Of a stretch of DNA of 64,000 nucleotides, positions 9,304 to 19,082 are shown one piece after another. The position numbers were made by a program, and so were the translations under genes. Position 1 is the stretch's first letter. Each line of letters starts with the position of its first letter. The notes under the pieces were generated by a model. It did not search any database, was not told where the DNA came from, and was given only the letters and a program-made list of their open reading frames with translations. This DNA is from Burkholderiales bacterium. GTDB taxonomy: Bacteria; Pseudomonadota; Gammaproteobacteria; Burkholderiales; Ga0077523. The stretch is taken from the NCBI GenBank assembly GCA_022843925.1, contig JALHMS010000010.1, positions 70,257 through 134,256 on the forward strand. Reading direction: 5' to 3'.

Positions 9304-11102
9304 GACCCCTCCGACGCCCGTTGCATGACCATCCCGGCATAGGCGTTCTCCAGCGCGCGGGCGAGCCGGAGAACGTCCGTGAGCGCGCTCGCACGGAGTT
9401 CGCCGCGCAGGTTCACGCGATGATCCGCGAGAGCCTCGCGGTCCGACGCGAGACCGGCGGCAATGCGGACGTAGTCGTCCCGGTCCGTCGCGACCCATTC
9501 CGGATGGCCGGCCCGCGCCAGCAGGCTCACACCGACGCGCGACACGTGCGCGTCCCCGGCGAGCGTCACCACCGGCACCCCCATCCAGAGCGCCTCGCAG
9601 GTCGTCGTCGTGCCGTGATACGGATGGCTGTCCAGGGCGACGTCGATATCCGCATATCGACGCAGGTGGCGCTCGAAATCCCCTTCCCAGCCCGAGACGT
9701 CGAGCCGCGCCGGGTCACCGCCCGTCGCGGCGAAACGCGCGCGGAATCGCGCCTCGGCACGGACATCCTCGAGTCCCTGCGCCTTCACCAGCAGTCGCGA
9801 ACCCGGCGTCGCCGCCAGCACGCCCGCCCACAGCGCGAGGCAGGTGTCGCTCAGCTTCGCGGGGTTGCTGAAGCATCCGAAGGTGACGTGCCCGCGGGTG
9901 CGAAAGGGCGGCGCCGCCACGTTCGGCGCCTCGGACCTCGGCTGGTAGGCAAGGAAGCCGGACGGCAGGCGCACGAGTGCTTCCGTGTGCAGGGATTCCG
10001 ACGTGCCGGGCGGATCTGCCCAGGCGTCCGTCAGACGGAAGTCCATGGCCGGCACGCCGGTCGTGTTGGGATAGCCGAGCCAAGTCGCCTGCACCGGTGC
10101 GATGCGCTGCGCGAAGAGCGGGAGGCGATGGCCTCCGGTGTGTCCGGAGAGATCGACGGCGATGTCGAGCCGATCCGCGCGGATGACCTGCAGCGCGGTC
10201 GCGTCGTCCATGCCGCCGATGTCGCGCCAGACGTGGGCGTGCGAACGGGTCCGCGCAGTCTGCGCGTCGTGCCGATTCCCCGCGAAATAGCAGAAGACCT
10301 CCACGACGCTGCGATCGTGGGCGGCGAGCACGGGTTCGAGGAAGAAGCTGACGACGTGGAAGCCGAAGTCGGCGGAGACATAGCCGACGCGCAACGGGCG
10401 CCCGTCCTCGCGCGGCGCGATCGGCAGGTCCACGGAACACCGCCCCAGCAGCCCCGCGAGCCGGCGGTGCTCGCCCGCAACGAAGGCGGGCTCGACGCCA
10501 TCGGCATAGTTCAACGTGAGCAGGTACGCCTCGATCAGCCCCGGCTCGGGCCGGGCGGGCATGTCGCGCAGAACCTCGAGGGCCTCGTCGATGCGCCCCT
10601 GGCCGCGCAGCGCGAGGGCAAGGTTGCTGCGCAGGCCGGCGTCGCCGGGCGCCTGGGCGAGCGCCGCGCGGAAATGCGCCTCCGCATCGATGAAGCGCCC
10701 CGCCGCGCAGACGAGGGTCCCGAGATTATTGCGGGCCGCAAGCGACGCGGGGTCGGCCGCCAGCGCGGCGGCGAGGCTCTTCTCGGCCGCGACGGCATCA
10801 CCGCGCGCCTCGTGCACGCTCGCCAGGTTCACCCACGCGGCAGCGAGCCCGGGCATGGCTTCGACGGCGTGGCGCAGCGCATCCTCGGCTTCGGCGAAGG
10901 CGCCGGTCTGCAGGTACGTGAGCGCGAGGTTGTTCCACGCCTGCGCGTAGTCGGGGGCCAGTGCAACGGCCTCGCGATAGGCACGCCGTGCAGCGTCGAC
11001 ATCACCCGCCTCCGCGAGGCGGTCGGCCTCCGACTTTCGCGCGAGGGCGCCCGGCGACGGCGCGTCGTGGCGCGAGAACGTCTGCTTCAACCAGTCGAGC
11101 AT
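9288..11102 (-). CDS. TPR-repeat + GT41 (OGT/SPINDLY-like) glycosyltransferase, paralogue 3
   Basis: 604 aa. TPR N-terminus, then VGYVSADFGFHVVSFF, VQATWLGYPNTTG and DSHPYHGTTTTCEALWMGVPVV. Its stop overlaps the start of paralogue 2 by 16 nt. Confidence 0.85.
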   Translation of the reverse strand: MLDWLKQTFSRHDAPSPGALARKSEADRLAEAGDVDAARRAYREAVALAPDYAQAWNNLALTYLQTGAFAEAEDALRHAVEAMPGLAAAWVNLASVHEARGDAVAAEKSLAAALAADPASLAARNNLGTLVCAAGRFIDAEAHFRAALAQAPGDAGLRSNLALALRGQGRIDEALEVLRDMPARPEPGLIEAYLLTLNYADGVEPAFVAGEHRRLAGLLGRCSVDLPIAPREDGRPLRVGYVSADFGFHVVSFFLEPVLAAHDRSVVEVFCYFAGNRHDAQTARTRSHAHVWRDIGGMDDATALQVIRADRLDIAVDLSGHTGGHRLPLFAQRIAPVQATWLGYPNTTGVPAMDFRLTDAWADPPGTSESLHTEALVRLPSGFLAYQPRSEAPNVAAPPFRTRGHVTFGCFSNPAKLSDTCLALWAGVLAATPGSRLLVKAQGLEDVRAEARFRARFAATGGDPARLDVSGWEGDFERHLRRYADIDVALDSHPYHGTTTTCEALWMGVPVVTLAGDAHVSRVGVSLLARAGHPEWVATDRDDYVRIAAGLASDREALADHRVNLRGELRASALTDVLRLARALENAYAGMVMQRASEGSCSTG

Positions 11103-11185
11103 CGGGGGCGAGGAAGGATCGGGGCCGGGGCAGTATAGCGAGGCGCAACGTCGACGCTCACGCCTTCGTCATGCGGGCACCACCC

Positions 11186-12028
11186 TCAGCGCCGGTAGAC
11201 CGATGCCTTCAGCGGCAACCCGTTGCTCATGTAGGAGTGGAAGTACTCGAGGTCGTTGAAGGTCTCGCTGCCCATGGGCAACGGCTCGGCGCGCACCTGC
11301 TCCATGCAGCGGGTGTAGCGCGCGTGAAGCGTGTAGAGCGCATCGCCCCCGCGGAAGACCGGAAAATGCGGCGCCTGCCCGAGCGCGGGGGAGATGACTT
11401 CCATCCGCATCACGCGGCCCGCGTTCTGCACATGGCAGTTGGCGCACGAGAAGTTCATCTGCCCGATGCGGCGCTCGAAGAACGCGCGGCCGGCTTCGTA
11501 GCGCGCGACGGCCTCGGGCGACTCGACGCGGATCGCCATGCGCATGCCGTCGGACAACGTGCGCGCGTACGCCGTGAGCACCCCCATCGTGTCGCGATCG
11601 TCGTAGCGGTACGCGGCCTCGCCGTTGTCGGTGCGGCAGCGGTTCAGGAGCATCTCGAAGGTGACGACGCGGCGTTGTTCCGCGTCGTATCGGGGATAGG
11701 TGCCCGCCAGCATGCGGCCACCGTCGGGCAGGCAATCGGCGTACGTGCGGCCGTTGGGGAACGGCTTCTCCCAGAGGGCGCGTCCGCGATCGATGTCGGG
11801 TTCGAAGGGCGGGAACGCCATGATGTCTTCGTAGTGCCGCCGGCCCGCCGCGTTGAGCATGAAGCTGCCGAGCACGTAGTCGTCGAGCGGCACGGCCGGG
11901 AATCGCGCCTGGAAGAACTGCACGTAGTCGCGGCGATCGTCTTCCGGTGCCGCGGCACTGCCGCCGAACAGCCCGGACAGACCAGCACCGAGTACCAGCG
12001 CCGCCAGCCGCGCCTGTCCGCGCCTCAC
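11186..12028 (-). CDS. soxA: SoxA, c-type cytochrome subunit of the SoxAX thiosulfate-oxidation complex (single heme motif)
   Basis: Track ORF 11186..12076. The GTG at 12028 gives a signal peptide (RRGQARLAALVLGAGLSG) and a GTGA overlap with the soxZ stop. Motifs: one CANCH heme motif, the conserved YTRCMEQVR cysteine-ligand region and the C-terminus LPLKASVYRR. Confidence 0.85.
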   Translation of the reverse strand: MRRGQARLAALVLGAGLSGLFGGSAAAPEDDRRDYVQFFQARFPAVPLDDYVLGSFMLNAAGRRHYEDIMAFPPFEPDIDRGRALWEKPFPNGRTYADCLPDGGRMLAGTYPRYDAEQRRVVTFEMLLNRCRTDNGEAAYRYDDRDTMGVLTAYARTLSDGMRMAIRVESPEAVARYEAGRAFFERRIGQMNFSCANCHVQNAGRVMRMEVISPALGQAPHFPVFRGGDALYTLHARYTRCMEQVRAEPLPMGSETFNDLEYFHSYMSNGLPLKASVYRR

Positions 12029-12339
12029 TTGATCGGGACCTCGAGGCTCATGGTCTCGCCCCGGTTGTCCTCCCACGTCACACCGATACGGTCACCGGCC
12101 TTCGCCCCCCGCACGCGGAACTCGAGGAACGGATTCTTCGAGACCGACCGGCTCCACTGCGCATCGAGCACCGTGCGGCCGTTGTGCGTGGCGACCACGT
12201 GATGGATGAAATGCATCGGCACCATGGCCTCGCCGAGCGGATCCTTCCGCAACCCGGTTTCCATGGGATGCGGCATCAGCACCTTCACGGTGGCGACCTC
12301 CCCATCGAGGGCGATGCGCATCTTGATCGGATCAGGCAT
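12025..12339 (-). CDS. soxZ: SoxZ, sulfur-carrier complex subunit
   Basis: Start at ATG 12339 (MPDPIKMRIALDGEVATVKVLMPHPMETG...), about 104 aa, the typical SoxZ size and sequence. It lies directly after soxY. Confidence 0.85.
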   Translation of the reverse strand: MPDPIKMRIALDGEVATVKVLMPHPMETGLRKDPLGEAMVPMHFIHHVVATHNGRTVLDAQWSRSVSKNPFLEFRVRGAKAGDRIGVTWEDNRGETMSLEVPIK

Positions 12340-12353
12340 GCCGTCTCCCGGAC

Positions 12354-12848
12354 TCAGCCTGCACAACCGCCGAGGGTGACCTTGGTCTCCCGGCGGGCGA
12401 AGTACTTGCGATCCCCGGCCAGCACGACGGCCCGCAGATGCGCCGACTCGGCCATCTTGATCCGCACGGCGACGATCGGCTCCAGGCCCGGGAGGAGATC
12501 GAACTCTGCGACGAGCGGCTGCGGATTCTTCTCGGCGAAGATCAGGATGCTGCGGGTGTCGGGCACCTTCGACTGGATCTCGACGTGGACGATCGCGCTG
12601 TTCTCGGCGATGTCGGGTGCCCGGAGGATGACGTCCTCGCTCTCCACCGCATCGGCCACCCCCGCGGCGACGAGCGCCAGATCGATCGCCTTGGCGTCGA
12701 AGGCTTCGACGTTACGGGCACCGGCCCAGGCGACGATCGGCGCAAGCAGCCCGGTGGTCGGCGCCAGTATCGCGCCGGTCAGCCCCGCGAGCCGTGCGAG
12801 CAGCCGACGGCGCAGGCGATGCTGCGGATGGAGAAAATCAGAGGCCAT
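12354..12848 (-). CDS. soxY: SoxY, sulfur-carrier protein with C-terminal Cys swinging arm
   Basis: Start at ATG 12848. Twin-arginine leader (HRLRRRLLARLAGL). The C-terminus VTLGGCAG is a variant of the canonical GGCGG. Confidence 0.85.
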   Translation of the reverse strand: MASDFLHPQHRLRRRLLARLAGLTGAILAPTTGLLAPIVAWAGARNVEAFDAKAIDLALVAAGVADAVESEDVILRAPDIAENSAIVHVEIQSKVPDTRSILIFAEKNPQPLVAEFDLLPGLEPIVAVRIKMAESAHLRAVVLAGDRKYFARRETKVTLGGCAG

Positions 12849-13188
12849 GTATGTAGTCCACCACCTGGTCGATCTCCTCCTCGGTGAGGATGCGGTGCCG
12901 TCCGTAGGGCGGCATGATCGTGTCGGGGTTGAATGCCCGGGCGTCCCAGATCCGTTGACGCAGATCCGCGCGGTCGGGATAGCGCCGGCGGATGTTCTCG
13001 AGGGTCGGGCCCAGGTCCGCGTTGGTTTCCGCACCAGGATCGGCCGGCATCCGGTGACAGGCGAGGCAGTTGCCGCGCTCCTGATCGTGGGCCACGCGGC
13101 GACCGGACGACTCGGTGGCCCCGGCCGGCGCCTCGGTGATGGCGAGGACCAGAAGCAGAGGGGCGAGCAGGACGGGGTGGGATCGCAT
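12838..13188 (-). CDS. soxX: SoxX, monoheme cytochrome c subunit of SoxAX
   Basis: Start at ATG 13188 (MRSHPVLLAPLLLVLAI, a signal peptide). Heme motif CLACH, and IMPPYGRH with the Met ligand region. It overlaps the soxY start by 11 nt. Confidence 0.8.
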   Translation of the reverse strand: MRSHPVLLAPLLLVLAITEAPAGATESSGRRVAHDQERGNCLACHRMPADPGAETNADLGPTLENIRRRYPDRADLRQRIWDARAFNPDTIMPPYGRHRILTEEEIDQVVDYIHGL

Positions 13189-13259
13189 CGGGCGCTGGGT
13201 CGGGTATGTCCTGGATCGGACCGGACCGGCCAGTATCCGTTCGGCGGGCGTGCCGGCAG

Positions 13260-13748
<489 letters not shown>

Positions 13749-13798
13749 GAGTTTCGCCGGAGAAAGAACCAGAAACAGGCCGCAGCTATCATAGCATC

Positions 13799-15220
13799 GT
13801 GATCCGAGCCTCCCTCCTCTGCCTTCTTGCGGCGCTGCCCCTCCAGGCATTGCCCGCAGACACCCTCCCCGACCTCGGCGATGTCTCGCAGGCGACGCTC
13901 TCGCCTGCCCAGGAGCGCGGGATCGGTTTCAGCATCATGCGGCAGATCCGCCAGTCGCCGACCTTTCTCGACGACCCCGAGGTGTCGGACTACCTCAACC
14001 AGTTGGGCTACCGGCTGGTCGCGGTGAGCCCGGACACGCGCCAGGACTTCCTCTTCTTCCCGCTGCAGGACAACTCGGTGAACGCCTTCGCGCTGCCGGG
14101 AGGCTATGTGGGCGTCCATTCGGGGCTCCTGCTGACGGCGCAGAGCGAGTCCGAACTGGCGGCGGTCATGGCGCACGAAGTGGCCCACGTGACCCAGCGC
14201 CACATCGCCCGCATGGTGGCGGCCCAGGAGAAGCAGGGGATGATCTCCCTCGCCGCCGTCGCACTCGCCATCCTGGCCGCCCGCTCCAACCCCCAGGCCG
14301 CCGCCGGTGCGATCGCGGCGAGCCAGGCCCAGGCGCTGTCGAACCAACTCGCCTTCAGCCGCGACAACGAACGCGACGCCGACCGCGTCGGTGTGCAGAT
14401 CCTCGAACGCGCGGGCTTCGACACGCATTCGATGCCCGTCTTTCTCGACCGCCTGCAGCGCTCGACGCGCTCGCTCGAGACCGGGGCGCCCACCTACATG
14501 CGCACCCACCCGATCACCTACGAGCGCATCGCCGACGTCCAGGGCCGGATCTACGACCTCCCGTACCGGCAGGTGCCGGACAGCCTGGAGTTCCACCTGG
14601 TCCGCGCCAAGCTCCGCGCGATGCAGAGGGAACCCCGCGAAGCCGTCGCTTACTTCGACGAATTGGTGTCCGAACGCAAGTTCGCCAACGAGACGGCAGC
14701 CCGCTACGGCCTGATCACCGCCCTGTTGCGCGCCCGGGAGTTCGCCCGCGCGGCCCGGGAGATCAAGTTACTGCCCCAGGCCGCGGACAGCCACCCGATG
14801 CTCGCGCTGCTCCATGGGCGCATCCTCGCGGGCAGCGGCAAGACGCAGCCGGCCATCGACTGGTACCGCAAGCAACTCATCGCCTTCCCGAACCAGCGGG
14901 CCCTCGTGTACGCCCTTGCCCAGACGCTTCTCGACGCCAAGCGGCCGGCGGACGCGAACGCGGTGATCGATGCCCGCCTCCAGCGCGATCCCGACGACGG
15001 CCGACTCTACGAAATGCAGGCCATCGCGTACTCGGCCCTGGGGCAGAACATGATGAAGCATCGATCGCTCGCCGAGTCCTACGTGGCCCAGGGCAACATC
15101 CGGCTTGCCATGGAACAACTGCAACTGGCCCTGAAGAACAACAACGGGGACTTCTACGAGGTGTCCGGCATCGAGGCGCGCCTCAGCCAGCTCCGGACCC
15201 TCACGGCGAAGCAGGAATGA
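13799..15220 (+). CDS. bepA: M48-family periplasmic metalloprotease with TPR domain (BepA/YfgC-like)
   Basis: GTG start and signal peptide. Motifs: [10 protein letters not shown] zinc motif, [17 protein letters not shown] and a C-terminal TPR region. Confidence 0.85.
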   Translation: MIRASLLCLLAALPLQALPADTLPDLGDVSQATLSPAQERGIGFSIMRQIRQSPTFLDDPEVSDYLNQLGYRLVAVSPDTRQDFLFFPLQDNSVNAFALPGGYVGVHSGLLLTAQSESELAAVMAHEVAHVTQRHIARMVAAQEKQGMISLAAVALAILAARSNPQAAAGAIAASQAQALSNQLAFSRDNERDADRVGVQILERAGFDTHSMPVFLDRLQRSTRSLETGAPTYMRTHPITYERIADVQGRIYDLPYRQVPDSLEFHLVRAKLRAMQREPREAVAYFDELVSERKFANETAARYGLITALLRAREFARAAREIKLLPQAADSHPMLALLHGRILAGSGKTQPAIDWYRKQLIAFPNQRALVYALAQTLLDAKRPADANAVIDARLQRDPDDGRLYEMQAIAYSALGQNMMKHRSLAESYVAQGNIRLAMEQLQLALKNNNGDFYEVSGIEARLSQLRTLTAKQE

Positions 15221-16620
15221 CGGCGCCGGGCGCCGACGATCTGCCGAAGCACCCCTCGGCGGCCGCGGAAATCCCGATAGAATCGGCGACTTCCTCCACC
15301 GCCCCCCCGACCTCTACCGCCCCCATGGACCGCATCGGCAAGTACGAACTGGTGCGCGAAATCGGCCGCGGCGCGACAAGCGCCGTGTATCTGGCGAACG
15401 ACCCCTTCGCCGGCCGCCAGGTGGCGGTCAAGCTGGTCAAGCAGGAGGCCCTGGGCGATCGTGAATACGGCCGGCGCTTCCAGAAGCTCTTTCTCACCGA
15501 AGCGTCGCTGGTCGGCAAGCTCAACCACCCGCACATCGCCGCCATCTACGATGCCGTGGCGGACGTAGACGGCAGCTACATCGTGATGGAGTTCATCGAC
15601 GGCCCGACGCTCGACGAGTTCTGCCGGGTCGAGAACCTCATGCCGGTGTCGCGCGTGGTGGAGCTCATCTTCAAGTGCAGCAAGGCCCTCGACTACGCCC
15701 TGAGGATCGGCATCATTCATCGGGACATCAAACCGGCGAACATCCTCGTGGCCCCCGACGGCGAGATCAAGATCTCCGACTTCGGCGCGGCCCTGTCGCT
15801 CGCGTCCGAGACGACGCAGGTCACGGGGGTCGGGTCGCCGGCCTACATGTCGCCCGAACAGGTGCGCGACCAGCAGCTGAACCACCAGACCGACATCTTC
15901 TCGCTCGGGGTGGTCATGTATCAGCTGCTCACCGGCCGACTGCCCTTCAAGGCGACCAACAACTTCAGCATGGTCTACCAGATCATCAACGTGGACCCGC
16001 CGCCGCCGTCGGTCCACAGGCCCGAGATTCCCCAGGCGGTGGACGTGATCGTGAAGAAGGCGCTGCAGAAGAGCCTCGATCGCCGGTATCAGACCTGGAG
16101 CGAGTTCTCTTCGGCGCTGGCCGCGGTGTTCGGCGACCTCAAGTCGATCGCCCAACCCGTCCCCGAGGCCGAGAAGTTCTCGACGCTCCGGGACCTCGAG
16201 TTCTTCCACGGCTTCGGCGATGCGGACCTCTGGCAGGTCGTGCGCATCTCGTCGTGGTCGCGCCATCCGACGGGTACTGCTGTGATCCAGGAAGGTGCCG
16301 ACGGCCGATCGTTCTTCATCCTCGCCTCCGGCGAGGTGCGGGTGACCAAGAACGAACGCCTGCTCACGGTGCTGCAGGCAGGTCAGTGCTTCGGGGAGAT
16401 GAGCTACCTCGGCACGCGCGACTTCCACCGTTCGGCGACCGTCACCGCACTGACCGACATCACCCTCATCGAGGTCTCGGACGAGGCGTTGTCGCAGGCC
16501 ACGGAGTCCTGCCGCAACCGGTTCAACGCCGCCTTCCTGGAACTGCTGGTCTCGCGGCTGGAAGCCGCCAACATCCGCGTGTCCCAGTTGCTGGTGGACC
16601 GTACCGTCGGCGCGCGATAG
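15217..16620 (+). CDS. Ser/Thr protein kinase fused to a C-terminal cyclic-nucleotide-binding domain
   Basis: Kinase motifs: IGRGATSAVY, VAVK, HRDIKPANILV, DFG and SPAYMSPEQ. The C-terminal CAP_ED-like domain has FGEMSYL...RSATVTA. ATG 15217 forms an ATGA overlap with the bepA stop. An alternative start is ATG 15325 (MDRIGKYEL). Confidence 0.85.
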   Translation: MTAPGADDLPKHPSAAAEIPIESATSSTAPPTSTAPMDRIGKYELVREIGRGATSAVYLANDPFAGRQVAVKLVKQEALGDREYGRRFQKLFLTEASLVGKLNHPHIAAIYDAVADVDGSYIVMEFIDGPTLDEFCRVENLMPVSRVVELIFKCSKALDYALRIGIIHRDIKPANILVAPDGEIKISDFGAALSLASETTQVTGVGSPAYMSPEQVRDQQLNHQTDIFSLGVVMYQLLTGRLPFKATNNFSMVYQIINVDPPPPSVHRPEIPQAVDVIVKKALQKSLDRRYQTWSEFSSALAAVFGDLKSIAQPVPEAEKFSTLRDLEFFHGFGDADLWQVVRISSWSRHPTGTAVIQEGADGRSFFILASGEVRVTKNERLLTVLQAGQCFGEMSYLGTRDFHRSATVTALTDITLIEVSDEALSQATESCRNRFNAAFLELLVSRLEAANIRVSQLLVDRTVGAR

Positions 16621-16678
16621 GCGGGGTATCCTTCGGCCTTCGCCCGAATATCCGTCGACCACGGAGTGCAATTTCCCC

Positions 16679-16921
16679 ATGACCACGACCGACATTCCGC
16701 ACGATTTCGAACTCGACGCCCGGGGCCTCAACTGCCCCCTGCCCATCCTCAGAACCAAGAAGGCGCTGAACGGCATGGGTTCAGGCCAGGTGCTGAAGAT
16801 CCTCGCCACCGACCCGGGCTCGGTGCGCGACTTCCAGGCCTTCTCGAAACAGACCGGCAACGAACTGCTCGGCGTGGACGAGTCCCCCGAGGAGTTCCGT
16901 TTCCTCATGAGGAAGCGATGA
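16679..16921 (+). CDS. TusA/SirA-family sulfurtransferase-like protein
   Basis: 80 aa, with [18 protein letters not shown] carrying the active-site CP.P motif. Confidence 0.8.
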   Translation: MTTTDIPHDFELDARGLNCPLPILRTKKALNGMGSGQVLKILATDPGSVRDFQAFSKQTGNELLGVDESPEEFRFLMRKR

Positions 16922-17586
16922 TCCTCCGGCGCGCGTCCGGCAGGCCGCAACTCCCCTCCCTGCCGTCGATCGACGATCTCATCGTCGGTTTCGACCGCGG
17001 ACTACGCACCGTCTTCGCGAAGGCGACCTCCTCCCGCCCCTACCCGGACGCGGACCTCCCCGAGCCCGACCTCACGCCGGACCAGCGCCGCCATGCCGCG
17101 GCCCTCATGCGGGTGAATCACACCGGGGAAGTGTGCGCACAGGCGCTCTACCAGGGCCAGATGCTGACGGCCCGCGCCCCCGAGATCCGCAGTGCCCTCG
17201 GGCATGCGGCCACCGAGGAAACCGACCATCTCGCCTGGACCGAGCAGCGGATCGAAGCCCTGGGGGGCCGGAAGAGCATGCTGAACCCGATCTTCTACCT
17301 CGGCTCCTTCGCCATGGGTGCCCTGTCAGGGATCGCCGGTGACCGCTGGAACATGGGCTTCCTGGCCGAGACCGAACGGCAGGTCGAAGGCCACCTCACG
17401 AGTCACCTCGACACCCTGCCCGAGGCGGACACCCGGAGCCGGGCGGTCGTCGAGAAGATGCGCGCCGACGAGGCTGCCCACGCGCGCACAGCCGTCGATC
17501 ACGGCGGCGACCCGCTCCCCGCCCCCATCGCCGGGGCCATGCGGGCCATCGCCAAGGTGATGACCTCGACTACGTACCGCTGGTAG
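16918..17586 (+). CDS. coq7: 2-polyprenyl-3-methyl-6-methoxy-1,4-benzoquinone hydroxylase Coq7 (di-iron)
   Basis: ATG 16918 forms an ATGA overlap with the upstream stop. Motifs: [35 protein letters not shown] and ADEAAHA (E..H di-iron motifs). Confidence 0.85.
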   Translation: MILRRASGRPQLPSLPSIDDLIVGFDRGLRTVFAKATSSRPYPDADLPEPDLTPDQRRHAAALMRVNHTGEVCAQALYQGQMLTARAPEIRSALGHAATEETDHLAWTEQRIEALGGRKSMLNPIFYLGSFAMGALSGIAGDRWNMGFLAETERQVEGHLTSHLDTLPEADTRSRAVVEKMRADEAAHARTAVDHGGDPLPAPIAGAMRAIAKVMTSTTYRW

Positions 17587-18007
17587 CCGCCGCGAGGTCG
17601 ACGATCTCGAAGTCGTGGGTGATCTCGGCCGTCTTGCCGAGCATGATCGAGGCGGAGCAGTACTTGGTGGCCGACAGCTCGATGGCCCTGGCCACCGCCT
17701 CAGGGCGGAGATTCCGCCCCTTGACCACGAAGTGCAGGTGGATGCGGGTGAACACTTTCGGGTCGACCGGCGCACGGTCGGCGTCCATCTCGACCGCGAC
17801 ATCGTCGATGTCCTGGCGGCTCTTCTTCAGGATCGTGACCACATCGTAGGCCGTGCACCCGCCGGCACCGGCCAGCAACGTTTCCATCGGCCGGGGGCCG
17901 AGGTTGCGCCCCCCACCCTCGGGCGCGCCGTCCATCACGATCGCGTGGCTGCTCTCGGTCTCGCCCAGGAATGTCACGCCCTCCACCCACTTCACTCGCA
18001 CTTTCAT
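17570..18007 (-). CDS. OsmC/Ohr-family protein
   Basis: Start at ATG 18007 ([10 protein letters not shown]...), 145 aa. Motifs [11 protein letters not shown] and ATKYCSAS carry the two conserved Cys. It overlaps the coq7 3' end convergently by 17 nt. Confidence 0.8.
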   Translation of the reverse strand: MKVRVKWVEGVTFLGETESSHAIVMDGAPEGGGRNLGPRPMETLLAGAGGCTAYDVVTILKKSRQDIDDVAVEMDADRAPVDPKVFTRIHLHFVVKGRNLRPEAVARAIELSATKYCSASIMLGKTAEITHDFEIVDLAAATSGT

Positions 18008-18234
18008 ACCGGCCCCCTCTCGTTGGAATCGCACCGATTCTAGCCATCGCGCCCGGTCCCGGCGGGTGTCCGGTGACGGAACCCCTCGCGCCGACACAGA
18101 TATTCCGAAGACGCTGCCGCGAGCCCCTTGGATACCGCGCCGCAATATGCAACACTTCGTTACGATTGAGTGGCGACCTTCGGGTCCGGGACGTGTGGTT
18201 CACACATGATTCACCTCATCACGATACTGGCAAG

Positions 18235-18265
18235 GAGCGCAGCCCCGCGGCTGCGCTCTTTTTTT
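18235..18265 (+). terminator. Strong rho-independent terminator with no annotated upstream plus-strand gene
   Basis: Stem GAGCGCAGCC, loop ccgc, stem GGCTGCGCTC, followed by seven T. The orientation is plus-strand only. Confidence 0.7.
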
Positions 18266-18478
18266 GTGTCCGGCCCGGGAACACGCCTCCGGGATTGCCA
18301 ATCCGAGGCTTGTCTGTTGCGGCACGGCAATTTTGGCCGCACGTCGGAAACGGAAATATAAGGGCTTTGGGTGGACAAACGATTTCGTCTACCGATCAAT
18401 GAGTTAAGACGCAAATTCAAGACAAGTGCGATTCCGGCAGATATACTCACGAGTTATTTCGAAGCAAGGTGAACGAGC

Positions 18479-19078
18479 ATGGCCCAACAATCGACAACTG
18501 ACGGCAAGAAGCGGCGATTCCTGATCGCCGCCACCGGCGCGGTTGGCGCGGTAGGGGCCGCCTTCGTGGCGACACCCTTCCTCACCAGCATGGCGCCCAG
18601 CGCACGCGCGAAAGCGGCAGGCGCGCCAGTGGAAGTGGATATCTCCAAACTCGAACCCGGCATGATGGTCACGGTCGAGTGGCGCGGGCGTCCGGTCTGG
18701 ATCATCCACCGGACCAAGGAAATGCTCGAGATCCTGCCCAAGGCATCGGACAAGGTGGCTGACCCCGAGTCCAGCCAGCCCCTCCAACCCGAGTACGCCA
18801 AGAACACCAACCGTTCGATCAAGCCCGACTACATGGTCGTCGTCGGGATCTGTTCCCATCTGGGCTGTTCGCCGTCCGAAAAGATGAAGATCGGGCCGGA
18901 AAGCGGTCTGGGTGACGACTGGCCCGGCGGTTTCTACTGTCCCTGCCACGGCTCCAAGTTCGATCTCGCGGGGCGCGTCTTCAAGGGCATGCCCGCCCCG
19001 GTGAACCTCACCGTGCCGCCGCACACCTATGTCACCGACACCCGCCTCCTGATCGGCGAAGACAAGAAAGGAGCCTGA
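18479..19078 (+). CDS. petA: Ubiquinol-cytochrome c reductase Rieske iron-sulfur subunit
   Basis: Tat-like leader KKRRFLIAATGA. Rieske motifs CSHLGCSP and CPCHGSKFD. Confidence 0.95.
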   Translation: MAQQSTTDGKKRRFLIAATGAVGAVGAAFVATPFLTSMAPSARAKAAGAPVEVDISKLEPGMMVTVEWRGRPVWIIHRTKEMLEILPKASDKVADPESSQPLQPEYAKNTNRSIKPDYMVVVGICSHLGCSPSEKMKIGPESGLGDDWPGGFYCPCHGSKFDLAGRVFKGMPAPVNLTVPPHTYVTDTRLLIGEDKKGA

Positions 19079-19082
19079 CGCG

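Noticed and set aside
4346-11138. Very long antisense or alternative-frame ORFs over the GT41 genes (4346..5947+, 5238..7562-, 6833..9394-, 7561..9222+, 9321..11138+). Similar ones occur elsewhere (1476..3053-, 15154..16950-, 19032..20597-, 43823..45859-, 47835..50258+, 50749..52632-, 52418..53803-, 54100..56418-, 59342..60685-).
   Set aside because: These are typical high-GC shadow ORFs. They have Arg/Pro/Gly/Ala-rich composition and no recognisable domains, and each fully overlaps a gene with clear family motifs in another frame or strand.
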